64,000 nt of DNA from Verrucomicrobiota bacterium (GTDB taxonomy: Bacteria > Verrucomicrobiota > Verrucomicrobiia > Limisphaerales > UBA8199). Location: NCBI GenBank assembly GCA_049518415.1, contig JBEKRX010000010.1, forward strand, positions 14,964 through 78,963, written 5' to 3'. The notes beneath the pieces are model-generated. The model made no database searches and had not been told where the DNA came from. It was given only the letters and a program-made list of their open reading frames with translations. The position numbers were made by a program, and so were the translations under genes. Shown one piece after another: positions 38,099-46,893 of the stretch (position 1 is the first letter of the stretch; every line of letters starts with the position of its first letter).

Positions 38099-39103
38099 AT
38101 GAGCCCGATGGCAGAACCGGAAAAGGCAGAAACGAAGACGGCGCCCAACCAGCTCGAGCAGCTCAAGCGCTACACCAGGGTCGTGGCCGATACGGGGGAC
38201 TTTGCTGCGGTCAAGCAATACGCACCCCAGGATGCCACGACCAATCCGTCCCTGATACTCAAGGCGGCCCAAATGCCGGACTACAGGCCCCTGGTTGAGA
38301 AAGCCCTGGCCGGGCGGTCCCGACGTGTCGGGAGCGCCACGCGCCGGGCCTTGCTCAGCGGCGTCGTGGATGAACTGCTGGTCTTGTTCGGCGTTGAGCT
38401 CTTAAAGATTGTGCCGGGCCGGGTTTCGACGGAAACCGACGCCAGCCTGTCGTTTGACATCGCCGGGCTGATTGCTAAAGCGAGGCGTTTTATCGCCCTC
38501 TACGAGCGGGAGGGCATCGCGCGCGAGCGCATTCTCGTCAAGATTGCCAGCACCTGGGAGGGCATCTGCGCCGCGCAAACCTTGCAGCAGGAAGGCATCA
38601 ACTGCAACATGACCCTGCTCTTTTCGCTGCCGCAAGCCGTCGCCTGCGCCGAGGCCAAGGCCAAACTCATCTCTCCCTTCGTCGGGCGCATCCTCGATTG
38701 GCACAAAGCCAGGGCCGGCAGAGATTTCGCCCCGGCCGACGACCCGGGGGTCTTGTCGGTGAAAGAAATCTACGCCTACTACCAGCAGTACGGACACAGC
38801 ACCGAAGTCATGGGCGCCAGTTTTCGGAACAAAGGGGAAATCCTGGAACTGGCCGGCTGCGACTTGCTGACGATCAGCCCGCACTTGCTTGCAGAGCTCA
38901 AGGAGAGCCGCGAGCCGGTCCAGCGCAAGCTCAGCCCCGCCACGGGGCGGGAGGCCCGCCTGGAAAGGCTCGCGCTGGATGAAAAACGCTTTCGCTGGCT
39001 GCTGAACGAGAACGCCATGGCCACCGAGAAGCTGGCCGAAGGAATTCGGCTCTTTGCCGCCGACACCTTGCAGTTGGAGCAGTATTTGGCCGACAGGCTC
39101 TGA
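38099..39103 (+). CDS. tal: Transaldolase
   Basis: [22 protein letters not shown], the Schiff-base Lys region [20 protein letters not shown] and [11 protein letters not shown]. Confidence 0.9.
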   Translation: MSPMAEPEKAETKTAPNQLEQLKRYTRVVADTGDFAAVKQYAPQDATTNPSLILKAAQMPDYRPLVEKALAGRSRRVGSATRRALLSGVVDELLVLFGVELLKIVPGRVSTETDASLSFDIAGLIAKARRFIALYEREGIARERILVKIASTWEGICAAQTLQQEGINCNMTLLFSLPQAVACAEAKAKLISPFVGRILDWHKARAGRDFAPADDPGVLSVKEIYAYYQQYGHSTEVMGASFRNKGEILELAGCDLLTISPHLLAELKESREPVQRKLSPATGREARLERLALDEKRFRWLLNENAMATEKLAEGIRLFAADTLQLEQYLADRL

Positions 39104-39243
39104 GCCGCATATTTCACTCTTGAACATCCGGGCGTGGCAGTCCCCTCCTGCCCGCATCGCTTCACCTCCCTGGGGTCCTCGAACCGTCGTCTCCGGAAAA
39201 TTCTCCTGTTCCTTCCCTCCCGCTTTTCTAGAATCGCCCCAAT

Positions 39244-40398
39244 ATGCAAGATTTCACTTATCGCAATCCCACCAGGATCGTTTTTGGCAAGGGAACGATT
39301 GCCCGGCTCAAAGAACTGGTCCGCCCCCAAGAGCGGGTGCTTTTGACCTATGGCGGCGGCTCGATCCGCAAGAACGGCGTGTACGACCAGGTCCAGCGGG
39401 CCCTCTCCGGGCGAGACTGGCTCGAGTTCGGCGGCATTCAGCCCAACCCGCTCTATGAGACGCTCCTGGCGGCGGTGCAACTCGTCAAACAGGAGCAGGT
39501 CACCTTCTTGCTGGCGGTGGGGGGCGGGTCTGTCGTTGACGCCACCAAGTTCATTGCCGCCGCCGCGGCCTTCCAGGGCCTTGAGCCGTGGGACATCCTG
39601 GCCAAGGGGGCCCCGGTCCGCGCCGCCCTCCCCCTGGGGACCGTCCTGACCTTGCCGGCCACCGGCTCGGAATCCAACGGCTTCGCGGTCATCTCGCGCC
39701 AGACCACGCGCGAGAAGCTCGCCTTCGGCAGCGACCTTTGCTTTCCCCAGTTCGCGATTCTCGACCCCACCGTGACCATGACCCTCCCGCCCGCGCAGGT
39801 GCGCAACGGGATCGTGGACGCCTTCATGCACGTGCTCGAGCAGTACGCCACTTACCCCGTCAACGCCGCCCTCCAGGACCGCCAGGCCGAAGCCATCCTC
39901 AAGACACTCATCCAAGAGGGACCCAAATCCCTGGCCGACCCGCAGGACTACGATGCCCGCGCCAACCTGCTCTGGTGCGCCACCCAGGCCCTCAACGGCT
40001 GGATTGGGCAGGGCGTGCCCCAAGACTGGTCCACCCACATGATCGGCCATGAACTCACCGCCTGCTTCGGCGTGGCGCACGCCGAAAGCCTGGCCATTGT
40101 CATGCCCTCGCTCTTTCGCCACCAGATGGCCCGCAAGCTGGCCAAGCTGGCCCAACTCGCCCGCCGCGTCTGGGACGTGCAGGAGCCGGATGACCGGCCA
40201 GCCGCCGAGGCCGGCCTCGCCAAGACGGAAGAGTTTTTCCACTCCCTCGGCATGAAGACCAAACTGGCCGACTACGGCATTTCGGCGCCGGACGCCGCCA
40301 CCAAAGTCGCCACCCGCTTCCGCGCCCGCGGCCTCCACTTGGGCGAACACCAGGCCATCGACGCCGCGGCCGCCGCCCAAATCCTCATGGCCTGCTGA
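39244..40398 (+). CDS. Iron-containing (group III) alcohol dehydrogenase, YqhD/butanol-DH-like
   Basis: FTYRNPTRIVFGKG, GGGSVVDATKFIA, TLPATGSE, and His-rich metal ligands (DAFMHVLEQY, WSTHMIGHELTACFGVAHAESLA). Confidence 0.85.
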   Translation: MQDFTYRNPTRIVFGKGTIARLKELVRPQERVLLTYGGGSIRKNGVYDQVQRALSGRDWLEFGGIQPNPLYETLLAAVQLVKQEQVTFLLAVGGGSVVDATKFIAAAAAFQGLEPWDILAKGAPVRAALPLGTVLTLPATGSESNGFAVISRQTTREKLAFGSDLCFPQFAILDPTVTMTLPPAQVRNGIVDAFMHVLEQYATYPVNAALQDRQAEAILKTLIQEGPKSLADPQDYDARANLLWCATQALNGWIGQGVPQDWSTHMIGHELTACFGVAHAESLAIVMPSLFRHQMARKLAKLAQLARRVWDVQEPDDRPAAEAGLAKTEEFFHSLGMKTKLADYGISAPDAATKVATRFRARGLHLGEHQAIDAAAAAQILMAC

Positions 40399-40579
40399 AA
40401 ATCCGCCGCCCTCCATAGCCGTGCTTTCGAGGCCTCCCGACGGCTTTGTCAACGGTCCGGGCGCGCGGGCCGGTCGCGCCGCCCGGGGGCTTGACACCTT
40501 CTGACTCAAGCATAGACTCCTTGGCTGTGAACCCGGGTGAGAAGCAATTCTCGGTTCCAGGCCCGGGCATTGCCCGCCC

Positions 40580-41878
40580 ATGAAAACTGCGCTGAATGAA
40601 ACAGCCCTCGTTCTCCTGAACTCTCATTTCCTGACTGCTGCCCTTGGGGTGTCGGTCGCGATTTGTCCGTCGTCTCCTGCCGCCGACACGTCCCGGGCCA
40701 CTCCTTGGCAGGTGGGCCGGCCCATCGTCACTTATTGGGCCGGGCCGCCCATGACCGACGCCACCGCCCGGCAGATGAGCGAGGGCGGGTGGAATCTCGT
40801 TTGGTGCGGCGAGAAAGACCTGGACCTCGTTCGCCGCTACGGCCTGCGCGGGCAGCTTCAGGACCCGCTCCTCGCCCCCGCCTCTCTCGAAGTTCCGGCC
40901 CAGCGGGAAAAGCTCGACGCCCTCATCGCCCGCGTGCGCGCGCATCCCGCCCTCTATGCCTACTTCATCACCGATGAGCCCAACGCCACCAATTTCCCTG
41001 CCCTCGGCCAGTTGGTCGCCTACTTGCGCCGGCGCGACCCGGCACATTTGGCCTACATCAACTTGTTCCCCACCTACGCCAGCAACCAGCAACTCGGCAA
41101 CCAGGGTGACACCCTCACCGCTTACCAGGCCCATCTCCGCCAATACGTGGACATCGTCAAGCCCGCCCTCATCAGCTACGATCACTACCAGTTCACCACC
41201 GAGGGCGATTCGGCCCAATACTTCCTCAACCTCGCCCTCATCCGCCAGGCCGCCCTAGACGCCCGCCTGCCCTTCCTCAACATTGTCCAAGCCTGCACCT
41301 GGACACCCTCCATGCGCGTGCCCAAGGCCGACGAGATACGCTACCTGGTTTACACCACCCTCGCCTATGGCGCTCAGGGCATCTCCTATTACGTCTATTG
41401 CTGCCCCGGCCACACCGGCGGCATCGCCCACGCCGACGGCACACCCACGCCGCTCTACGAGACCCTGAAAGCGCTTAACCGCCAATTCGCGGCCCTCGCC
41501 CTGCAATTGCAGCCTCTGCGTTCACTCGGGGTCTATCACGCCGGCATGTTGCCGCCAGGCGCCCAACCGTTGCCAAAAGACGCTCCGTTCACGCTCGATC
41601 CCCCGCTGCCCGCCATCGACTACAAGGCCCCGGAACCCGTGAAAAGGGCGTTGCTGGGATGCTTCGGGCCGACGGGCAAGACCAGGAGGACCTCCGCCCC
41701 AACGCACCTGTTGGTGGTGAACCTCGACTACCAGTCCCAGGCGGTTTTGGGAATCCGCAGCCCCGCCCGGCTCGAGGTCTTCGATGAGGCCACCGGCCGG
41801 TGGTCGCGCGCAAAAGACAAGCGTAGCGAACTGCGTTTGCCACCCGGAGGCGGAAAACTGGTCCGCCTGCGCCGCTGA
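40580..41878 (+). CDS. Secreted hypothetical protein, glycoside-hydrolase-like (TIM-barrel-type pattern)
   Basis: 432-aa ORF with a signal-like N-terminus. The segment YAYFITDEPNATNFPALGQLVAYLRRRDPAHLAYINLFP resembles the DEP...N..P layout of GH42/GH35-like barrels. This is motif-level only. Confidence 0.5.
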   Translation: MKTALNETALVLLNSHFLTAALGVSVAICPSSPAADTSRATPWQVGRPIVTYWAGPPMTDATARQMSEGGWNLVWCGEKDLDLVRRYGLRGQLQDPLLAPASLEVPAQREKLDALIARVRAHPALYAYFITDEPNATNFPALGQLVAYLRRRDPAHLAYINLFPTYASNQQLGNQGDTLTAYQAHLRQYVDIVKPALISYDHYQFTTEGDSAQYFLNLALIRQAALDARLPFLNIVQACTWTPSMRVPKADEIRYLVYTTLAYGAQGISYYVYCCPGHTGGIAHADGTPTPLYETLKALNRQFAALALQLQPLRSLGVYHAGMLPPGAQPLPKDAPFTLDPPLPAIDYKAPEPVKRALLGCFGPTGKTRRTSAPTHLLVVNLDYQSQAVLGIRSPARLEVFDEATGRWSRAKDKRSELRLPPGGGKLVRLRR

Positions 41879-41902
41879 CCTCGGGGCAGAATTACTTTTG
41901 CC

Positions 41903-44722
41903 ATGTCCGCCGCGGTTCATCCACTATTCATCCTCGGCTTGTTCGCGGCCGCGAACGCCGCCGCCGCGGCCCAAGGCACGGTTGTGATTGAGAACGCCCA
42001 CGTGAGCTACACCGTCTCGCCCGGCGGAAAGAACCTCGGATTCGTCGACCGTGCGACCGGGCTCGATTACTTGCGCCGCGGGGCGGCTTCCCCGTGCGCG
42101 CTGGTCCGCCGGGAGGGCAAGGAGTATCCCGCCACCGGGGCGGCTCTCGCAAACGGCCGCTTGAGCCTCCGCTTCGGTGATGCGGGCGTCGAGGCCGTGC
42201 TCAAGGTCGAACCACGGCCTTCCTGCGTCCGCCTCACGGTCGAATCGATCCCTGGGGCGGACATCGAATCCTTGGTGTTCCTCAACCTTCCCCTCGCCCT
42301 CGAGGGCAAGCCGGATGAACCCTTTGGCGCCTGCGCGTTTTCGCTCAATCTCATCACCCGGGTGGACCAACTGCCCGCCCTCCAGAGCGAGCTCCGGGCC
42401 GCTGCTCACAAGAAGTTCGGCATCCTCGGAGCCAAGGTCGCCCTCGTCGGCGTGCCCATGAACCGAGTGCTGCCCGCCCTCAAGGAAGTCCTGTCTGAGG
42501 CCGACGAAATGCCTCTCTGTACTGTCGCCGGGCCGTGGGCGCGGGAGGCCCCCCTCAGCCACGGCTCCTATCTCTTTAACTTCGGCTCCCTCACCGAGGC
42601 CACCCTGGACGACTGGATCCAAATGGCCAGCAGCCTCGGCTTCACCCAGATCGATAACCACGGCGGCAGCCCCGCCTTCTTCCGCTTCGGCGACTTCGAA
42701 CTCAACCGCCAAAAGTGGCCCGAGGGCTGGGAGACTTACCGTCGCATCGTCGCCCGCCTCCATGCCGCGGGCATCGCCTCCATCTTTCACACCTACGCCT
42801 TCTTCCTCGACAAGCATTCCAAGTACGTGACTCCCATCCCGGACCAGCGCCTCGATGCCTTCCGCACCTTCACCCTCGCCGACAAGGTCACTGCGGACAC
42901 CGACGAACTCCCGGTAAACGAGTCCACCGCCGCCATCAGCACCGTCACCGGCTTCTTCGAACAAAACAGCCTCGTTCTCCACCTCGGCGACGAACTGGCC
43001 GCCTTCGGCGGGGCCAGCCGCCAACCACCCTGGCGCTTCACGGCGGTCAAACGGGGGGTCTTTGGCACAAAACCAGCCGCCCATGACCAAGGCGCCAAGG
43101 CCCGCCATCTCAAGGAATGTTTCGGCCTCTTCGTCCCGGACCCGGAGTCCCCTCTCTTTGCGGAGATCGCCGCCAACCACGCCGAGGTCGTCAACTGCTG
43201 CGATTTCGATGGCATCTATCTCGACGCCATCGACGGCGCCTCCATTCTCCGGGGCGGGGACGAGTGCTGGTATTGGGCGGACAAGTTCGTGTTTGAGATT
43301 CAGAAGCGCCTCAAGAAACCCGTGGGCATGGAGATGAGCGCCATGTGGCACCATTTCTGGCAGTACCGCACACGCTGGCAGGCCTGGGACTATCCCCAGC
43401 GCGGGCACAAGCGCTTCATCGACCTCCACGCCCAGGCGCTCAACGGCGGCCTCCTCCTCCCGCTTCACCTCGGCTGGTGGAACTTCCAGTCCTTCAACCC
43501 CCCGCAAGTCGAGCCCACCTTCCCCGATGTCCTCGAGTGCCTCGGCGCCAGGCTCATCGGCTGGGATGCCGGCATCTCACTGACCGGCGCCGTCGATCGC
43601 AACCAACTCCAAACCGTCCCCCTCTACCGTCGCGCCGTGGACATCATCCGCACCTGCGAGGCTATCCGTCACTCCGGCGCCTTGGACGAACAGACCAAAG
43701 CCAAACTCCGCGAGCCGGGCCGGGAATTCTCCCTCCTCCTCGACGACACCGGCCAACCCCGCTTCCGCCCCGCCCACTCCCTGCCCCACACCGCCGCTCT
43801 GGCCGAGCCGTGGAGCCTGTCCTGGCCCGCCACCAACCCTTTCCCCCAGCAACCCGTCAAGCTGCGCCTCGAGGCCCTCATGTCCGCTGCGCCCTACGAC
43901 GACCCCACGGCTATCATTATCGCCGACCTCTCCGGCCAGGGTGCCGCCGGTTGGAACCTGAGCGCCGCCGACGGCGTGGTTGCCTCACTGGACTCCGGGC
44001 CGGCGGGGACCAACGCCCCCGGCGCACTGCTCCAGGCCGCAAACAGTGGCAAAGTTCCCCGCCACGCCGCCTGGGCCCGCTGTCGGAAACAGTTCAGCCC
44101 CGCTTTGAACCTCAAGGAGCGTCAGGCCCTCGGGCTGTGGCTCGAAGGCGACGGCCTCGGCGAGCTCCTCGCCGTCAGGCTCGAAAGCCCGCAGTACCTC
44201 GCCTTCGGCGCCCTCGCCGACCGCTACGTCACAGTGGATTTCACTGGGCGGCGCCTTTTCTCCCTCGTCGAGACTGAATCCGCCCGCTGGAGCGACTACG
44301 CCTGGGACGACGGCAAAGGAGTCTATAACGCCTACCGTGAGACCATCGATTTCGGCGCCGTCGAGTCCGTGGGGGTGTGGTATCAAAATCTTCCGCCCGG
44401 CAAGGAAGTCAAATGCCGCCTCGGTCCCGCCAAGGCCCTCCCGATGCTCCCGCAGACCATGCAAGACCCCGCCCTCACAGTGAACGGAACGACCATCCTC
44501 TTCCCGCTCCAGATGGCCTCGGGCAGTTGGCTCGAGTGCAACGCCCCGGATGACTGTCTCCTCTACGGCTCCAAGGGCGAGTCCCTTGGCCGGGTCACCC
44601 CGCGCGGCCCCTGGCCCACTCTCCGCCCCGGCGAAAACCAGCTCCACTTCTCCTGCGCGCCCATCAAAGGCCCCTCCCCACGCGCCAAAGTCACCCTCTT
44701 CACCTACGGACCACCACTCTGA
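41903..44722 (+). CDS. Large secreted hypothetical protein
   Basis: 939-aa ORF with a signal peptide (MSAAVHPLFILGLFAAANAAAAAQG) and protein-like composition. It starts 25 nt after the preceding gene. No family was recognised. Confidence 0.55.
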   Translation: MSAAVHPLFILGLFAAANAAAAAQGTVVIENAHVSYTVSPGGKNLGFVDRATGLDYLRRGAASPCALVRREGKEYPATGAALANGRLSLRFGDAGVEAVLKVEPRPSCVRLTVESIPGADIESLVFLNLPLALEGKPDEPFGACAFSLNLITRVDQLPALQSELRAAAHKKFGILGAKVALVGVPMNRVLPALKEVLSEADEMPLCTVAGPWAREAPLSHGSYLFNFGSLTEATLDDWIQMASSLGFTQIDNHGGSPAFFRFGDFELNRQKWPEGWETYRRIVARLHAAGIASIFHTYAFFLDKHSKYVTPIPDQRLDAFRTFTLADKVTADTDELPVNESTAAISTVTGFFEQNSLVLHLGDELAAFGGASRQPPWRFTAVKRGVFGTKPAAHDQGAKARHLKECFGLFVPDPESPLFAEIAANHAEVVNCCDFDGIYLDAIDGASILRGGDECWYWADKFVFEIQKRLKKPVGMEMSAMWHHFWQYRTRWQAWDYPQRGHKRFIDLHAQALNGGLLLPLHLGWWNFQSFNPPQVEPTFPDVLECLGARLIGWDAGISLTGAVDRNQLQTVPLYRRAVDIIRTCEAIRHSGALDEQTKAKLREPGREFSLLLDDTGQPRFRPAHSLPHTAALAEPWSLSWPATNPFPQQPVKLRLEALMSAAPYDDPTAIIIADLSGQGAAGWNLSAADGVVASLDSGPAGTNAPGALLQAANSGKVPRHAAWARCRKQFSPALNLKERQALGLWLEGDGLGELLAVRLESPQYLAFGALADRYVTVDFTGRRLFSLVETESARWSDYAWDDGKGVYNAYRETIDFGAVESVGVWYQNLPPGKEVKCRLGPAKALPMLPQTMQDPALTVNGTTILFPLQMASGSWLECNAPDDCLLYGSKGESLGRVTPRGPWPTLRPGENQLHFSCAPIKGPSPRAKVTLFTYGPPL

Positions 44723-44735
44723 TTCCAACGAGCGC

Positions 44736-44784
44736 TCAAGATGGCACTAAGGCCCAAAGGACAAGCGAATTAGTGCCATCTTGA
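44736..44784. terminator. Bidirectional terminator-like hairpin between convergent genes
   Basis: tcaagatggcactaa (44736-44750) and ttagtgccatcttga (44770-44784) are exact reverse complements, giving a 15-bp stem and a 19-nt loop. Flanking bases extend the stem imperfectly. There is no clear U-tract. Confidence 0.5.
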
Positions 44785-44821
44785 ACGCGAATTGGAATGG
44801 GGAGCCGTTCCAGCTCAGGGC

Positions 44822-45196
44822 TCATCGGGCATCCGGGAAACAAGCCGCCAGGAGGCGGTCTGACTCGGTCTTGCTCATTCGCGGGCCGTGCCACATGCGC
44901 AGTTTGTCTTGCAGGACAACCTGCGTGGCGGCCACCATTTCGGCAATGCGGCCATCCGGGAACTTATGGTTTTCCGTGGCCAGCAAAAGGGAACTGCCAA
45001 AGGCAAGCAGTCGCTCGATGGTCGCTTTGTGGTCTGCCAGCAGTTCCGGCGTGGGGTTACCCAGCAGGTTATCATCTTCCCATCTGCTCAGGGTGGAAAC
45101 AAAGGCGCTCCACTCCTCGGCGGTCTCGGCAAGGTTTGCCAGCCACCGCTTCTGGAGCCGGCCGATGATGTCGCCCATTGGAATCGCGATGTCCAT
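44822..45196 (-). CDS. Hypothetical protein
   Basis: 124-aa ORF with balanced, protein-like composition. It lies immediately left of repeat module A. Confidence 0.45.
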   Translation of the reverse strand: MDIAIPMGDIIGRLQKRWLANLAETAEEWSAFVSTLSRWEDDNLLGNPTPELLADHKATIERLLAFGSSLLLATENHKFPDGRIAEMVAATQVVLQDKLRMWHGPRMSKTESDRLLAACFPDAR

Positions 45197-45574
45197 ACGC
45201 TCAAATTACCATAAGCCAGAGAGCTTTAGAAGCCAAATTACCGCCCAACTACGGCCACGACCCTTTTCGACATCCGGCGACTCGTCCGGATAATCCGCGA
45301 TGTTCTGCACGGCGCAGGTGACTGACCCCCCGCTCCAAAGCTGGCCGACACCCGGCGTGCGGAATCCGGTGTATGTGATACACCCGCCCCGGCTCTGCTT
45401 CGCATAAAATCTCACCCAAATGAGAGGGAAAGCAGATCTATGAACAGGGAGCGGAAAGTCTTTGTAAGTGCCATCCGAATGCCGCCCGCTCGTTTGGACG
45501 CGCCGGAAAACGGCAATCAATCCGTCCAGGACCGCGCCGCGCAACTTGCTTGCGAGCGGGACGGCGATCTGCCG

Positions 45575-45826
45575 GTGCGGGTCAGAGCCCCAAAACGCGG
45601 GCGTGAGTTTCATTCCGGCTGCTCACGCCCAAAGCTCTACGAGTGGGCGGCCAAGGGTTTTATCCGCTCTGTTTCAATTCGTGGAGCCGGACGGATCAAG
45701 GGCCTTCGACTTTTTCACCTCGCCGGCATCCTCGCGTTTATCGAGCGATGCGAGGCAGGCGCCTTCACGACAGGAAGACGTCGGCAGACACGCCAAAATG
45801 CCGCGCCAGAGTCCGAACGTGATTGA
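45575..45826 (+). CDS. Excisionase/AlpA-like HTH (HTH_17-type) small protein
   Basis: 83 aa from GTG 45575, equivalent to ATG 49134 in module B. SGCSRPKLYEWAAKGFIRSVSIRGAGRIKGLRLFHLAGILAFIE fits the Xis-family pattern (S-R-x-x-L/I-Y-x-W...G...S/P-V-K/S-I-G...R-L/F...L..F). The longer upstream ORF of copy A is broken by a stop in copy B. Confidence 0.45.
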   Translation: MRVRAPKRGREFHSGCSRPKLYEWAAKGFIRSVSIRGAGRIKGLRLFHLAGILAFIERCEAGAFTTGRRRQTRQNAAPESERD

Positions 45827-46187
45827 GTGTCAGCCTGCGTTCGCCGCGTAGAATCATCGCGCCCAGCGTCCGGTGAACACCCAGCAATCGCGCAAGGTCC
45901 GCCGCGCTCATGCCGTGCGCGTCCAGCAGGTGTTGCAACGCTTCTGGGACGGTGACATTGGGCGCGTCCACACGCTCCCTTTCGTAGTCCTCAATCAACC
46001 GGCAGAGCAGGTCAAAGTAGTCCTCCTGGTCCGGTGTGAGCTTGTGCCCGGCCATTGTGTCTGTGATTTCCGTAACGTTCTGAAACTCCACCTCGTCATG
46101 GATGGGACGCGGCGTGAGAATCCGGCAAAGCCCGGCGTAGCCTTTTGGCAGTCGGGCAAACTCGACTTTTGCATGTGTCGTTTTCAT
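45765..46187 (-). CDS. higA: HigA-family antitoxin (XRE-type HTH at C-terminus)
   Basis: The start was re-picked at ATG 46187, overlapping the higB stop (ATGA). The C-terminal HTH is MSAADLARLLGVHRTLGAMILRGERRLTLNHVRTLARHFGVSADVFL. Confidence 0.8.
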   Translation of the reverse strand: MKTTHAKVEFARLPKGYAGLCRILTPRPIHDEVEFQNVTEITDTMAGHKLTPDQEDYFDLLCRLIEDYERERVDAPNVTVPEALQHLLDAHGMSAADLARLLGVHRTLGAMILRGERRLTLNHVRTLARHFGVSADVFLS

Positions 46188-46492
46188 AACGTGTCTTTCC
46201 AGCGGTCTTTGCTGTATTCCGCGTGCGTCATAAAGCGCAAGGTATAGACGATCTGGCGGTTGAAATGCGCCGCCACAATCAGCCGGTAGTCGTTGCGGCG
46301 GATGTTGAACACAAGCACCTGCCGCCCGCTGCGGACTTTCACGGCGTCCGTGTCGGGATATGTCCGCCGCACGTCCACCAAACTGCGCCAAGTCGTCGCT
46401 TTGACGAACTTGCGCCAGGCATCCAAGTGGCGAGCCGCCGGGGGATGTTCCCTCCCTGCCGCCACCAGAAACGCCTCTCTAACGATGCGCAC
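46184..46492 (-). CDS. higB: HigB-family (RelE-fold) toxin
   Basis: 102 aa from GTG 46492. FNIRRNDYRLIVAAHFNRQIVYTLRFMTHAEYSKDRWKD matches the HigB signature (FNI.GN.YRLI..I.Y....V.I....TH.EYD...W). Confidence 0.8.
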   Translation of the reverse strand: MRIVREAFLVAAGREHPPAARHLDAWRKFVKATTWRSLVDVRRTYPDTDAVKVRSGRQVLVFNIRRNDYRLIVAAHFNRQIVYTLRFMTHAEYSKDRWKDTL

Positions 46493-46494
46493 GG

Positions 46495-46527
46495 ATACAA
46501 TTTGTATTCACTCGCCGGATTTGTCAA
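46495..46527 (-). promoter_or_regulatory. Putative higBA promoter/operator, module A
   Basis: The palindrome atacaa-t-ttgtat (46495-46507) lies 3 nt upstream of the higB GTG. A TTGACA hexamer sits on the coding strand (tgtcaa, 46522-46527), with an A/T-rich -10-like stretch overlapping the palindrome. Confidence 0.4.
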
Positions 46528-46619
46528 ACACGGAAAAACACCCCTGAACATGGGCAGACGAGTTGTAACCTTTTGTTGTAACTGGGTCGCTTGCATTTGC
46601 AAGTTCTTGGCAGAGAAGA

Positions 46620-46684
46620 TGGAGCGAGCGAAGGGAATCGAACCCTCGACATTCACCTTGGCAAGGTGACGCTCGGCCAAGAGG
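46620..46684 (-). pseudogene. 5'-truncated tRNA-Gly(GCC)
   Basis: The reverse complement reads CCTCTTGGCCGAGCG-TCACC-TTGCCAA-GGTGA-ATGTC-GAGGG-TTCGATT-CCCTT-CGCTCGC-T-CCA. The anticodon stem-loop is intact (anticodon GCC), as are the T-arm (GGTTCGATTCC), the 3' acceptor strand and CCA. The upstream bases (TTTCGAA) cannot pair with CGCTCGC, so the 5' acceptor strand is missing. Confidence 0.75.
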
Positions 46685-46690
46685 ATTTCG

Positions 46691-46893
46691 AAAATTTTCC
46701 CAATACAGCCAATACAGCCAACAGAGCCAATGGAGCGTTTGGCACGCGACCCAAAACCTGCTAATACTGTCACCCGGTGAATGCCAAACTGACAGCGCCG
46801 CCTCGGTTCGCGCCCGGCCAGGAACCGGTTCCTGCCCGTTTCCACGCCCGCGCCAGGGGTTTTTGCGCTTATTTCCGCTTATTTCCACTTATC
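46691..46893. repeat. Copy 2 of the roughly 200-bp dispersed repeat (copy 1 is at 4177-4378)
   Basis: Same blocks and orientation as copy 1. It has the 9-mer tandems acagccaat x3, a perfect palindrome caggaaccggttcctg, and the tandem cttatttcc(g/a) x2. It begins within about 7 nt of the tRNA truncation point. Confidence 0.7.

Larger units (their letters stand above)
45340..46554. repeat. Direct-repeat module A (excisionase-like HTH gene + higBA + operator region)
   Basis: It aligns with 48899-50131. The left roughly 500 nt and the higA 3' part are near-identical. The middle (higA 5' part and higB) is homologous but diverged. The shared right end is ...ggatttgtcaaacacg(g)aaaaacac(c/a)cctgaacatggg. 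Confidence 0.8.

Noticed and set aside
45440-45574. Longer version of the Xis-like ORF starting at ATG 45440 (128 aa).
   Set aside because: The equivalent frame in module B is interrupted by a TAG (ccc gtt tag near 49085). Both copies do share a start codon (GTG/ATG) at the aligned downstream position.
45206-45613. Minus-strand ORFs 45206-45613 and 48873-49172, which are similar to each other (MKLT.AF.GSDPHRQIAVPLASKL...).
   Set aside because: The similarity follows automatically from the DNA repeat. The composition is Arg/Gly-rich and the lengths differ (135 vs 99 aa). The opposite strand encodes an Xis-like HTH of equal length in both copies.
46620-46700. An intact tRNA-Gly gene.
   Set aside because: The bases where the 5' acceptor strand should be (TTTCGAA) cannot pair with the 3' strand CGCTCGC. 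U8 and the D-stem are also imperfect. It is therefore called a truncated pseudogene.
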